DNA from: Eledone cirrhosa
Taxonomy: Eukaryota
Assembly (NCBI GenBank): GCA_964016885.1
Contig: OZ024742.1
Span: 146,010,001 to 146,074,000, forward strand
Length of the DNA stretch: 64,000 nt
Reading direction: 5' to 3'
In this document: in pieces, positions 11,013 to 24,335 of the stretch
Position numbering within the stretch: position 1 is the first letter of the stretch
Layout: each line of letters opens with the position of its first letter
Made by a program: the position numbers and the translations under genes
Notes under the pieces: generated by a model
What the model was told of the DNA's origin: nothing
Databases searched by the model: none
What the model saw: only the letters and a program-made list of their open reading frames with translations

Positions 11013-12789
11013 ATAATTAGGGAGTGAGTTAAATTATATGAGATGCAGTTTGGTTTTGTGCCAGGGAGGAGCACCACAGATGCCCTCATCTTAGTGAGAC
11101 AACTACAAGAGAAGTTCCTAGCTAAGTTTAAACCACTATATTTAGTTTTTGTTGGTCTGGAGACGGCCTTGGAGAGAGCACCTGTTTGTCATCTGGTGGT
11201 CTCTAAGGAAACTAGGTGTGGAAGAATTGCTTGTGAGAGAAATGCAAGTCATGTACAATGAAGCTGTTTGTTAGATAACAGTAGGAAATGAATTTAGTGA
11301 GGAATTCAATGTGCACATAGGTGTTCATCAGGGCTCCATTCTCAGCCCACTCCTGTTTATTATAGTTCTTCAGGCCATAACAGAGGAGTTTAAGAGAGGC
11401 AGTCCTTTGGAATATCTGTATGTTAATGACATGGTTCTTATAGCTGAATCTGTGGAAGAACTAAAGAAGAAATTCTGGCTTTGAAAACAAAACTGAAATT
11501 CAAAAGGGTTTGCAGTAAACATGGGATAAATTAAAGTTTTGATAAGTAGGAAGGGAGACAGGACCTAAGCATGAACAATCAGATGTAAAATGATGATATA
11601 TATATCATTATGATGATATATATATCATTATCATTTTATAATCATTTTTCCATGGGTTGGACAGGTCTTTTCCAACATAGCATCCCTTCACACATTGCCT
11701 TTCTTTGTCAGCCTCTCTGACTTGGCTTGATTAAGTGTTTGTTTGAGTAAGTGTTTGTTTAATAGAAAATGCAGGCTTAGTAGTTTTCTTAGTGAGAGCA
11801 AGAATTGTCAAAAGCTAGGTTTGTTAACTTACCAAACTGTAAATTGGAATTAGACTATTGCGCTAAATATTTTTATTGAAATGATTAATTATAATTATTT
11901 CAATTAAGTGACTTTCTACATTATGTTATTACACACATCTTTTCTGTGTCTTTCAGGAGTTTACTTTTGTAGGATTGAAGGAAACAAAAAAGGTGCAACT
12001 GTTTGTACAATATAGAAATCAACATGTGTGTGTGTGCTGTGTGTGTATATGTAATATCCTCCTCATCATTGTCAACATCATCATCACCGTTTTATGACTT
12101 TTCCATCTCATAAAAACAAGATGGTGTAGGACAGAACAAAGGAGGGACACAAAATAACAACAAAAGTAGTCACTGAGGAGGTCACAGAATGTGTGATGAA
12201 AGAGCTTTGATGACAATCAGGAACTAAACAACCTTTCGGTTATTAAACTAACTGACTGGGAAATTATAACAATAAATTGAAGTGAAATCCAACAGGTATT
12301 AGTGTTTTGTTTTTGGCACCATGACCTTCCCAAAGTATAATTATATATTAAAAGACCGATAATTTTTTTTTAAAGCCGTTACAATACGCTAGAAAAATAC
12401 AAAGGGAAAATGATGACAAATGAAACAAAACAAAGTAATGTTTTACCCAGCTTGATATTTCAGGGCTATTACCCTCTTTTCAGATGTGAAGCTGAAACAG
12501 TCCAAGACAAAACAAATGAGCAATCAGAGTTTTCTTCCCTAACAAGGGCGAGTAGGTTGTTGATATACAGGAGTTATGTGTTTGTAAAATGTATGTGCAT
12601 GCATGTGCATACATGGGGTTTCTACAGTAACCATTCTGCCTCATGCATTCTGACTTATACATATATACCATCATCATCATCATCATCATCGTCATCATCA
12701 TTTAATGTCCATTTGTCCATGCTAGCCTGGCTACCACTTTCACCTCCACCCCCCTTCCATACATCTCTCATGAGCACAGGCTGAAACAT

Positions 12790-13187
12790 ACATCTAGTGT
12801 GCACCCCTGTCACTCCACACCCTGCCATTCACGTCCTAACACTCCACCCCTCAGACTTGTCCATATATACCCACCTCCCTTATCCCCAAACATTTATCCC
12901 ATCAAAGTCCCCAGCCCACACTGTAAAGTGGTCATGTAGGTGACACAACAAAAAGTCCCCAACCCACATTGTAAAGTGGTTGTGTAGGTGTCATGACAAA
13001 AAGCACCTAGTACTCACTGTAAATGAGGTTGGTTTTAGGAAGGGCATCCAGCTGTAGAAACCTAGCCAAAATCAGTTCTGTATGAGCAAGACATGGTCAG
13101 CTGACCTGGCATATCCTACAACAGAACAACTCATCTAACCCATGCTAGCATAGAAAAATAGATGTTAAACAGTGCTGATGATGATAA
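12790..13187 (+). mobile_element. RTE 3' UTR-only fragment
   Basis: GGTTGGTTTTAGGAAGGGCATCCAGCTGTAGAAA...GATGTTAAA...GATGATG tail followed by (TA)n. Confidence 0.7.
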
Positions 13188-13372
13188 TGTTATATATATA
13201 TATATATATATATATACATACATACAAACATACATACATGTGTATATGCATACATGCATAAATATGTATATATATATATATACACATGCACATACATATG
13301 TATGTATTTATGTTTGCATGTACACATATATCTATTATATATTTCTAAATATGTGTGTATGTGTTTGGAGAG

Positions 13373-13403
<31 letters not shown>

Positions 13404-14189
13404 GAGCGAAAGGATGTAAAAGGAGGAAGAAAGTGGATATGGTAACAGTAATATGTGACCTTCAAAGTGTTTCATCTTTCCAGCTAGAAATAAAGTTCCC
13501 TTTGAACTGTATGATGTAAGAAAGAGTAAGATAATTTCAATTTTAAGGTCACTGATACCATAATTGTGATCATCTTTTGATATTATTTACATCTGAGAAA
13601 TTATTGATTGGTACATATTTTGGAGGAGGTAGGGCATAATCGATTAAACTGACCTCAATACTTGACTTTATTAATCTCTGTATAATAAATGGTAAATTGA
13701 CCATGATGGATTTGAACTCAGATTGTAAAGATCAGGCTCACCAGATTGAGCCTACAAATATTGAATTTTGCTACTTTTCATTACTGCACACTACTATTAT
13801 TTTGTTTTTTTTAACTGGCGCTACCTACTACTTATAGGCGGCGAATTGGTAGAGTCGTTAGAATGTCGGGTAGAATGCTTTATGGCATTTATTCCAGCTC
13901 TCTGAGGCTAGATACCGCCAAAGTCAAATTTGTCTTTCCTCCTTTTGAGGTCGATAAAAAAGTACCAGTCTAGTATTGGAGTTGATTCTTCCTCTATATC
14001 TCATTCTTTTTTTGACTCTCTCACTTTCTATCTGTTTCACTTTCTATCTCTCTCTGGAAGAAATCTGCTGTACTCAGGCCTGGAAAGAGATGGGCTCCAA
14101 GAGGCTTAAAATGCCCAAGAAACGTTGTATGTCAGGAGTTACGGGACCATAGCATACCTACTCCTTAAGGTTTTTATCCTATGTGGAAT

Positions 14190-15330
14190 GGGTACATTTT
14201 ATGGCAGTGCTGGTGCCATGATAAAATGTACTCAATACACTCTGCAAAGGGTTAGTGCTGCTGCAACAATAAAATCCATCCAGTACACTTTGGAAAGTAG
14301 TAGAATTGGTGAAAAAATACACCTAGTACACTCTGCAAAGTGGTAATGTTGCTGACATGATAAAATATAGCCAGTGCACTCTGTAAAGAAGTAGTAGTAG
14401 TGCAACAATAAAATCTCCGCAGTACACTTTGGCTGGTGCCATGATAAAATACTCCCAGTGCACTCTGTAAAGAAGTAGTACTGGTGTAACAATAAAATCT
14501 CCCCAGTACACTTTGGCTGGTGCCATGATAAAATACTCCCAGTGCACTCTGTAAAGAAGTAGTACTGGTGTAACAATAAAATCTCCCCAGTACACTTTGG
14601 CTGGTGCCATGATAAAATACTCCCAGTGCACTCTGTAAAGAAGTAGTACTGGTGTAACAATAAAATCTCCCCAGTATACTTTGGCTGGTGCCATGATAAA
14701 ATACTCCCAGTGCACTCTGTAAAGAAGTAGTACTGGTGTAACAATAAAATCTCCCCAGTACACTTTGGCTGTTGCCATGATAAAATACTCCCAGTGCACT
14801 CTGTAAAGAAGTAGTACTGGTGTAACAATAAAATCTCCCCAGTACACTTTGGCTGGTTCCATGATAAAATACTCCCAGTGCACTCTGTAAAGAAGTAGTA
14901 CTGGTGTAACAATAAAATCTCCCCAGTACACTTTGGCTGGTGCCATGATAAAATACTCCCAGTGCACTCTGTAAAGAAGTAGTACTGGTGTAACAATAAA
15001 ATCTCCCCAGTACACTTTGGCTGGTGCCATGATAAAATACTCCCAGTGCACTCTGTAAAGAAGTAGTACTTGTGTAACAATAAAATCTCCCCAGTACACT
15101 TTGGCTGGCACCATGATAAAATACTCTCAGTGCACTCTGTAAAGAAGTAGTACCGGTATAACAATAAAATCTCCCCAGTACACTTTGAAAAGTGGTACTT
15201 GCTGGCACCATGATAAAATACTCCCAGTGCACTCTGTAAAATGGTAGTGTTGATGCCTCAATAAAATCAATCCAGTACACTCTGGAAAGTGATATTGCTG
15301 GTAGTATGATAAAAGATAAAATCCACTCAG
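14190..15330. repeat. 84-bp minisatellite (~9 homogeneous copies, degenerate flanks)
   Basis: Unit CAGTACACTTTGGCTGGTGCCATGATAAAATACTCCCAGTGCACTCTGTAAAGAAGTAGTACTGGTGTAACAATAAAATCTCCC; 28-aa periodicity in the ORF track. Confidence 0.95.
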
Positions 15331-16377
15331 TACCTCCACTCCCTTCCATTCATGTCCTAAAATTCCACCCCTTACACACATCCATATACCCACCTCCCCA
15401 TCCCCAAACACCAATTCCACCTATGTCTCCAGCTCACACTTTAAATTGGTCATGTAAGTGATACGACAAAAAGCACCCAGCACTATCACTTTCCAGAGTG
15501 TACACTTTGTAAAGTAGATAGTGTTATGAGGACATTCAGCCATAGAAATCATGCTAAATATGGAATGTATGATTAAGCTCTGGTTCTCTGACTAATCTAG
15601 TCTCAGACTATGATGACCAATCTAATGTGTGCCATCATGGGAACTGGACAAATAATGATAATGATGATAATAATATTGCTGTTGTTATGATTATATTGAT
15701 ATTGTAGTATCAATATTTATACTACATACAGTATTAATATGTACATTCAGTGATGTTTATGAATAATTTCTACTGTAATTACTACATACCAAAACATTGA
15801 AGCAATTAACATAAGGATATTAGCAATTGAAATATCCATTCTACTCACGACTGTCTTCAAACTTCTCACCCTTTTCTATTTATTTGTAAATTCACATTAT
15901 ATCGATCTTCTCTTTAAAGGCCCATTTCTGTATTCGATTTCTATAGTTCGATATTTCTACCTTGTCAAGTTTTGCTATAATGTCACCGTCTTTGAACATT
16001 GATCGATTGAAATATTGGAATTGATTTTGGATAAATCCATCTATTGAGCATCATTCATATCCATATTTTTACCAAAAAAATACACACACATACATAAACA
16101 CACAAATGTGTGCACACAAGCACATATACACACATATGCATGTGCATACATATATATGTGCAAACACACCCACATACAAAAAATGTATATATAACAAACT
16201 ATAATTGTTTGTTTTTCTTCTTTGAACATTAAAAAACTTTGATTCTTTCTCTATATTCTGATCTGGTTTCTTCCCATGTATTTCCCCAGAATGTTCTTGT
16301 CAAACCATTCAGTTGGATTTGATTTATGACTTCTGTAACATTTCTTTGTTGCAACAAAGTTAGAACAAGTTTCACAT

Positions 16378-16410
<33 letters not shown>

Positions 16411-16848
16411 CATCATCACCACCACCAACAACACCACCACATCCATCATCATCATCACCACTATCACATTCATCTTTAATGTGTCTGTTTTTGTCATAAA
16501 TATTTCTTTTCTTCTGTAGTTATTACATTTTATTTTATTTAAAAGATCGAGAAATTTCCTTTTATGGACACCATTTTCCATGCCATATGGAGTTGGTTGA
16601 GTGAGTAGCGAGTTAAGTCTTACATAATTTTTAATGCTATTGCTTAAACTTGCCTTTCAAACCCCCAGAATAAATACATATGAAGTGTGTACTAGAAAGA
16701 AAAGGTAATCAAATTCTTGAGTAGATCCAACCAAATTGACCTCAGCAAGATTTGAACTCAGAATACAGAGATCAGAGGTGGCTAAAACAAATACTGAGGC
16801 ATTTAATCTGAAATGTTAATGACTGTCAATTCTCCAATTTATTATGTA

Positions 16849-17780
16849 CCAGCAGTGGTACTCGGCGTTGCACGGGATAAAGTATTTTGGAACGCGGGCC
16901 GCCAATAGACCTAAAAACTGCATGCCTGGACAACATGTAAAGAAAATAAACCGAATACTCTGATGGCTGGATAATCTTTAGGATTTTCCTCGATGAAGCA
17001 GGAAAAATGCAGGTTTTCACCTAATGCGGGCCCTAGGGGATCAAGAAAATGAATTTTTTTTATGTGCATAATATACCTTGAAATTTCAGGAAAATCGGCT
17101 AGACGTAATGCCTCCAAAAAGCCCTAAGAAGCTGAAAAAATGAAGTTTTTCACCTAATGCGGGCCCTAGGCCATAAGAAAGTTGGATTTTCTTTTCTTAC
17201 GGTATGAAGAAGAGACTGATTAATACATAGTTACAATTTCAAGGAAATCGGTCTGACGTAACGCCTCAAAAAAACCCCTAAAAATGTTAAACAATGCAGT
17301 TTTTCACCTAATGCAGGCCCTAGGAGATAAAAAAAGTGGGATTTTTTATGTGCATAACACTCCCTGAAACATAAGTAATACACATGTAAAGTTTGAAAAA
17401 AAATCGGTTGGGTACTTCTCGAGTTTTAGGGATTCAAACTCACACACACACACACACGCACACACACACACACAGACATCCTCAACAAAGTGACGTAATG
17501 CAGACAGTCAGACATACAGACAGATATTATAAGGGCGCGACGTTATAAGTATGTATCTATCTAAAAAGAGAAAGACTAAGAATTATAGAGCGAGATCGCT
17601 AAATCGCCTAATGTGGTCCCTGGGGCATAGAAAATTTGAAATTTCTTTTGCTCAGAACACTCGCCGAAATATAAGTATTACATATGTACAGTTTGAAAAC
17701 AGTCGGTTGGTAGTTCTCGAGTTTTAGGGATTCGAACTCACACACACACAGACAGACATCCTCAGTTTTATATATATAGA
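16849..17780 (-). mobile_element. Non-autonomous Helitron-like element
   Basis: Minus-strand 5' TCTATATATATAAAA; 3' GC-rich hairpin-like CCCGTGCAACGCCGAG followed by CTGG|T; three internal TTTTCACCTAATGC(G/A)GGCCCTAGG repeats; (CA)n/(CAGA)n tracts. Confidence 0.65.
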
Positions 17781-18230
17781 CTAGCAGAAAACCGCCCATT
17801 CGGGTGGTTTTCTGCTAGTATATATATATATATTACACACACAGAAATGTATATATATTTCTGTGTGTGTATATATATATATATATATATTACACACACA
17901 GAAATGTATATATATTTCTGTGTGTATATATATATATATTACACACACAGAAATGTATATATATTTCTGTGTGTATATATATATATTTCTGTGTGTGTAT
18001 ATAAATATATATATATTACACACACACAGAAATGTATATATGTTTCTGTAGCACTCCTCAATTCCCCCCTCTTTCCCTCCCGCTATCCCCCTCTCGTAGT
18101 CTGTCTCTTTCTTTCACTCTCACTCTCTCTCTACGCGTGCGCAAAAAACATTCGCACGCGCGCACGTGTTTCCACTGTCGGACAGACAGACAGACAAACA
18201 AAGAAATTGCTGGTTATATATATAAGTAGA
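17781..18230 (-). mobile_element. Second Helitron-like element with terminal palindrome and internal palindromic minisatellite
   Basis: Minus-strand 5' A|TCTACTTATATATA near 18230; hairpin CTAGCAGAAAACC...GGTTTTCTGCTAG at 17781-17818. Confidence 0.5.
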
Positions 18231-19620
18231 TGTATGGAACTGTAACTCCTAATGGAGTCATAGGGCTGCTGTAGTGATGCAGCATGTCTTGAGCAATTTA
18301 AACCTAACAAAGCCTATTCCTATCCAGCTCTGAACACAGCTGATTTCTTCCAAAGAAGGAGAGAGAAGAGAGAGAGGAAGTGAAAAAGAAATATAAAGGA
18401 ATACTTGACATCAGTACAAGATTGGTAGGTTCTTTTTTTGTACTTGGAGTGAGGACTTCAAAATATTCTGGGTGGCCACATTAATTCCATGAGGAATAGT
18501 TTGACCAGCTTGTTTGGGTAACTTTTTTATTTGTTTACAAAATTTATTTTTGTTCTTTGTTCTTGTTTTGAAAAGAAATATTAGTAAAGACAAGTTTCAG
18601 GAGTTTTTTTTATAAACTCTACTTTTCTAAATCTGAGGGCTCACCACTGAAAATTAGGAAAGAGAGTGCGTCATTCCCACCTCAACTGGCAATGGGCCCA
18701 TTCCCGAGTCATTGGGCTGTGTGATGGTTTTTACATTACTAATAACAATATAATTTTATTGCTATAGCTCCCTCCCCAAATGAAAAAGTTATATTGCCTT
18801 GTTGTTAGAGTGTTGGACTCATGATCATGAGGTTGTGAGTTTGATTCCTGGACTAGACAGTGCATTGTGTTCATGAGCAAAATGCTTCTTTTCATGATAG
18901 GACAAGAGTCCTTATCATTTGAAATACCAAGTAAATCTCTTATGAGATATAGTCTTTTAGTAGGCCACCTAAACCTGTGCATAAGTGTGAGTTATAAACT
19001 TCACTTTTCATTTTTAGATGAAAAAGAAAGCAGTTTGTGTTGCTCCTACATTTTTCTTGTAATTGATTGATGGAGAAAATCGTTTTTATTCTAGAGTAAA
19101 GGAAAGGAACTCATCTTCAGGTCAGACCAAGGAAACATTGTTTTCATTGGTCTTTCTATTGCTGATACTATCTGTTGATTGAGTTCAGCATGATTGAATA
19201 GTTTAGAGGTTTTCTTAACAATAATTAGGTCCTAGGTTCAATCCGACAGCAGAGCATCTTGGGCAAGTGTTGACCTATAGTCTTGGGTTGACTTATGCCT
19301 TGTGAGTGAAACTGTGTAGAAGGAAACCGTTTAGAAGATGGGCGATAATTTTAATCACACGGAATCTCCAAGTGAATTATATTTAGGGAACACATGTTTA
19401 TGGAATTCTCAGCCATTTACATGAGAGAGAAAGAGAGAGGGTGAGAGAGAAGAAGAAAAAAAAGAAGAAGAAGAGAGAGGGAGAGAGAGAAGAAGAAGTG
19501 AGAAGTATAGAGAAAGACTCAACACCAGTACAAGATTGGTATTTAAAAAATGTTTTATTGGCATCAAAAAGATGAAAAACAAAATTGACCTTGACAGGAA
19601 TTGAACTTAAATAGCCAGAA

Positions 19621-20380
19621 TCATCATCATCATCATCATCATCGTTTAACGTCCGTGTTCCATGCTTGCATGGGTTTGGACGGGAGTTTTCCCACTTGAG
19701 GCAAGAGTGGTTGTCTTGCTCGCATAGGACTGTCTGGCGGGTTTTCTACAGTTGGATGCCCTTCCTAACACCAACCACATTTACAGTGTGGGGCTGGGAG
19801 GTTTTTACCGTGTTGCCTACACGGCCACATTACAGCGTGGACTGTCTGGCAGGTTTTCTACAGCTGGATGCCCTTCCTAACACCAACCACATTTACAGTG
19901 TGGGGCTGGGAGGTTTTTACCGTGTTGCCTACACGGCCACATTACAGCGTGGACTGTCTGGCAGGCTTTCTACAGCTGGATGCCCTTCCTAACACCAACC
20001 ACATTTACAGTGTGGGGCTGGGAGGTTTTTACCGTGTTGCCTACACGGCCACATTACAGCGTGGACTGTCTGGCAGGTTTTCTACAGCTGGATGCCCTTC
20101 CTAACACCAACCACATTTACAGTGTGGGGCTGGGAGGTTTTTACCGTGTTGCCTACACGGCCACATTACAGCGTGGACTGTCTGGCAGGTTTTCTACAGC
20201 TGGATGCCCTTCCTAACACCAACCACATTTACAGTGTGGGACTGGGACGTTTTTACCGTGTTGCCTACACGGTCACATTACAGCGTGGACTGTGTGTTTT
20301 TTTGTCGTGACACCTACACGATCTCATTTGTTTCGGCCTGGATTTTGTGGCACCAACATAACTTTACATTGAAAGGGGTG
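19621..20380 (-). mobile_element. RTE 3' UTR fragment with an internal 112-bp x5 tandem amplification
   Basis: Matches RTE 3' UTR 31647-31945; the repeated ORF starts recur every 112 bp (19868, 19980, 20092, 20204). Confidence 0.95.
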
Positions 20381-21985
20381 AGAATAGATATTACAAAACA
20401 TTCTATCCAATGTTTTAATGGCCCTGTCAATTTCTCAATTTATTTTAGATTGTCCAAAAAGAATTACTCTCTGTGGCCAACACCATTTTTCTTATGAAGA
20501 TGATAGTTGCTCTTTCTAGATTGCTGGAAATGCACTGCTGATTTTACCACACTCAAAATAATTTTTCTCTGCTAAACTGATATCCAATGCCACTTCGATA
20601 AGTTGGTAATGATTCAATCCATTAAAATATTTTGTTTATATTGCAATTATAAAAAATAAAAAGGGTGTCTTATTTCTGTTAGGGATGTGTTAAAAACACT
20701 GAAAGCTATGGTACCTTAGAAGAGACAGCATTAGAACTTGTCTACATTGGTTGAGGATATATGGAGCCATCTTATTTGACTATACCAATTTCCACCACCC
20801 AACTACCCAGTCTAACAGGTAACATGTTTGTAGGTAAATAAAGCCAAATCCATCTGCCAATGATCCATAATTGATATCTACCAAAATGAGTTATTTCTAC
20901 ATCTTCAATTCAAGTTTTCAGGCTGGATGAAGCCTGCTTGAACTCAACTGTAATTGGGTCATTTGTGAACAAATTGTTGATATGTGACTGGAAGTCTTCA
21001 ACTTGTTCAGTGTTAAATATAGTGGTGTGATGTAGGTGAAGGGCAGTTTTAAGCGCTATCTTTAATTGGAACTTTAGCTTTAACTCTTTCATTATAAAAT
21101 CTGTAATGAAAGATATTGCCTATGATTTTCAAATAATCAAGAATTTAGATGGATTTAGTGAGATAGTTAACTTCTCATTATTTATCTGTTAGCTAACTTC
21201 TCATTATTTATCATCCTTACGGGGTCTATAAAATAAAGTACCAGTAATGCACTGGGTAATTAAATGCCAAACGTAGAAACAATTATTTATCTGTTAGTGG
21301 ATTGCTAGAATTATTAGAACATTAAATAGAATGCTTTACAATATTTGTCCAGTACTCTACACTTTGAGTTCAAATCCCATCACAGTCAACTCTGTCTTTC
21401 ATCCTGGGTTTGATATGATAAACTTTTCCCTCCACTCAAAATTGCTGGCCTTGTGCCTAAATTAGAAACTACTATTTATTTGCTGTTTGGAACATAACTG
21501 AATTAAATTTCTTACATGAAATAAATAAAAACATTTTAAAATAAATAGTTTTGTATTGTAGAACCAGGAGTAGTTTCAGGCAATTTAGCCTCAAAAAGGT
21601 TAAAGAAATAGTACATAGATGATTATTGAGATTATGGAGAGTTTCTATAAATCCTTTAGAAGGGTTTCCAAAACAGGGTTTTCAAAGAAACAATGTAATA
21701 GAATGGATGCTCATTACCTCATCCATTAATTATATAATGTTCCTTAAGCATTCTAGTTCTGCCTACCCATGTTTCTTATTTATATTTAAGGGGACTGAGT
21801 ATGGTTACAACAGGAAATATAATGTAAGTACCCAAAGAGATGTATTTAAGAAGACATTTTAAAAAAAATATGTTTTAAAAAATTTGAGTAGACTGAATTG
21901 GAGAAATCAAGGGCATGTATTGTACTGATTGAAGAAAAAAAAAAAAATTCCAATCCCTGTTGTTGACAAGAACCCATTATTTTTA

Positions 21986-22154
21986 CTACGATGATGTTGT
22001 TGCTGTTGTTAGTTTAGTGAGATTCCCCATTGAATTATACTCTGAATCATCAAAGCTACTTGTTTTCTTATGGAAGATGTTAGAAGTAGAATTAAAGACA
22101 GTAGCTACCTGCTTATTATTTCCAACAATTTTAGCAACGTGTGCTGCAGTTTCA
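21986..22154 (-). CDS. Candidate terminal coding exon of an unidentified gene
   Basis: Acceptor TTATTTTAG|T; frame ETAAHVAKIVGNNKQ...TTSS-stop; phase-compatible with the upstream 75-bp exon across an 80-bp GT-AG intron. Confidence 0.4.
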
Positions 22155-22234
22155 CTAAAATAATTCGTTTTTTGTTGGTTTTTTTTTAGAAGATTTTTCA
22201 AGATAATAATTTATTTAATTATAAAGCGGCTAAC

Positions 22235-22309
22235 CTCAGATAATGATATTGAATTTGTAATTTAGTAATTTTGTTTTGGAAAATTCCAGAATAAAATCCA
22301 TCAAGTGAT
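22235..22309 (-). CDS. Candidate internal 75-bp exon (phase 2-2)
   Basis: TTTTCTCAG| acceptor, GAG|GTTAGC donor, open frame SLDGFYSGIFQNKITKLQIQYHYL. Confidence 0.4.
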
Positions 22310-22469
22310 CTGAGAAAACATGTTTCTTCAGATAATAATCAATCCAGTTTTAAAAAGTTTTAAACAAATAATAACATTTAAAAAAAGGAATAGAAAGAGA
22401 TAATAAAATTAAATAAAACAAAACAAGAGAAACTGTAATATTTTCTAAAAAATAAACAGTAATAAAATG

Positions 22470-22475
22470 ATGATG

Positions 22476-22524
<49 letters not shown>

Positions 22525-23101
22525 GAAGAAGAATGAGAGTAATAATAATAATAATAATAAGAAGAAGAAGAACAACAACAACAGCAGCAACAACAACATC
22601 ATCATCATCATCATCATTATCATCATCATCAGCAGCAGCAGCAACAACAGTAACAACAACACCAATACATTTTTAAACAGAAACAAAACATGTGAAAAGT
22701 AAATAAAAAGAGAAAATAAATTAAAAGAAAATCAAAGAAAGCAAAAAAATCTGTAATATTTTCTAAACAATAAACAGTGTTAGTAACAACAACAACAACG
22801 ACAACAACGACAACAACAACAACGACAACAACAACAACAGCGACAACAACGATCACAACAACAACAACGACAACAACAACAATCACAACAACAACAACAA
22901 CGACAACGACAACAGCAACAACAACAACAACGACGACAACAACAACGACAACAACAACAACGACAACAACAACAGCAATAACAACTATAACAACAACAAT
23001 AACTGCAGCAGCAGTAACAGCAAGAACAAGAACAAGAACAACAAAAGTAGCAACATAAACAATGAAAATAACAACAATAATAACAACAACAATGGCAGCA
23101 G

Positions 23102-23133
<32 letters not shown>

Positions 23134-23450
23134 ACAACAGCAGCAACAACACCAGTAATAACAACAGCAACAACAACAACAATGAAGGTTACACTAACAA
23201 CAACAACAACAACTATAGTAACAACAACAACTATAGTAACAACAACAACTATATTAACAACAACAACAACTATAGTAACAACAACAACTATAGTAACAAC
23301 AACAACTATAGTAACAACAACAACAACTATAGTAACAACAACAACTATAGTAACAACAACAACTATAGTAACAACAACAACAACTATAGTAACAACAACA
23401 ACAATAAAAGCTAAAGTAACAATAACAACAACAAAAGCTACAACAAAAAA
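22470..23450. repeat. (AAT)n/(AAC)n microsatellite with 21-24-bp ACAACAACAACTATAGTA-type minisatellite
   Basis: Seen directly; source of the spurious poly-T/poly-V ORFs. Confidence 0.95.
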
Positions 23451-23516
23451 CAAAGTCTTGTGTAATGAAAACAGCAAAAATAACAAAAATGAAGTTTATT
23501 ATTTCATTCTTTTTAG

Positions 23517-23730
23517 GGCAGTGGATTGCCAGTATCGGTAGAGCGTCGGACGATATGCTTTGCAGCATAGAGTTGTGTCCCTTTACGCTCTGAGTTCAAA
23601 TCCCAGCAAGCTTAGCTTTGTCTTTCATCCTTAATAAAATAAAGTACCAGTAATTCACTAGGGGCTATTTAATTGCTTTTCCCCTTCCACCAAAAGAAAT
23701 TAATGGCCTTGTGTCTAACTCAGAAACCAT
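23517..23730 (+). mobile_element. tRNA-derived SINE (family B)
   Basis: GGGCAGTGGATTGCCAGTATCGGTAGAGCG...GAGTTCAAATCC...AAAGTACCAGT...AGAAACC. Confidence 0.85.
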
Positions 23731-23884
23731 TATTTTATTTATTTTAGAATTATATTTTTTAAAGAATTTCTTAAAAATTCTGAAATGTAGTAGTAGTAGT
23801 TGTAGTAGTAATAATGGTGGTGGTAGAGGTTGTTGTAGTAAAGGTGGTAGTGGTGGTGGAGGTAGTAGTAGTAGTCATCATGGG

Positions 23885-24335
23885 TCTTCATGTAGGAATA
23901 TAGTCGACGAAGATTAAACAGGCTGCCATCAAGACGATATCTGATGTAGACTCCATTCTCATCATCAAGATCTTCTGTGGCCTGCTCAAGTATCATGCTG
24001 AAGAAGATGGCAAAGAAAGTTGGTGCCAGTACGCAACCTTGCTACACTCTGTTGATGATTGGGAAGGGGGTCTGAAAGGTCACTGCTAAGTGTGACTTGG
24101 CAATTCTGGTCTTCATGTAGCTGGATGACTATGTTCAAGAACTTTGGGGGACAACAGAGTTGCTCCATGATTTGCCACATTCCTTTTCTTGACAACACTT
24201 TAGTCAAGTCAACGAGTGCCATATGCAGTCCTTTATTTTGCTCCTGGCACTTCTCTTGGAGCTGCCTAAGAACAAACACTATGTGTGTGGTACTCCTGTT
24301 GACACAGAAGCCACACTGGCTCTCTGGGAGGGGTT
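23885..24335 (-). mobile_element. RT fragment of a different (BovB-like) RTE family
   Basis: MFVLRQLQEKCQEQ, VDLTK, GVYIRYRLDGSLFNLRRL; frameshifted. Confidence 0.85.

Larger units (their letters stand above)
6161..11570 (+). mobile_element. Old degraded RTE LINE split by two later DNA-transposon insertions
   Basis: Homology to the 32-35 kb ORF in three blocks: 6161-7161 (RLLEFCDA, IGNTNFRK), 10393-10517 (NYRGIKLI), 11013-11570 (MQFGFVPGRSTTDA, GVHQGSILSP). Confidence 0.85.

Noticed and set aside
11957-11992. Plus-strand micro-exon (also 26449-26523 and 59564-59611)
   Set aside because: Good acceptors but mostly weak donors, and no consistent frame linking them; kept only as sites to check.
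14232-15349. Three long ORFs (263-365 aa) and a CRISPR-like look
   Set aside because: Pure 84-bp tandem repeat with no unique spacers and no cas genes; the ORFs are by-products of a stop-free unit.
22378-23568. Mucin-like Thr-rich or poly-Val ORFs
   Set aside because: (AAC)n microsatellite with interspersed stops.
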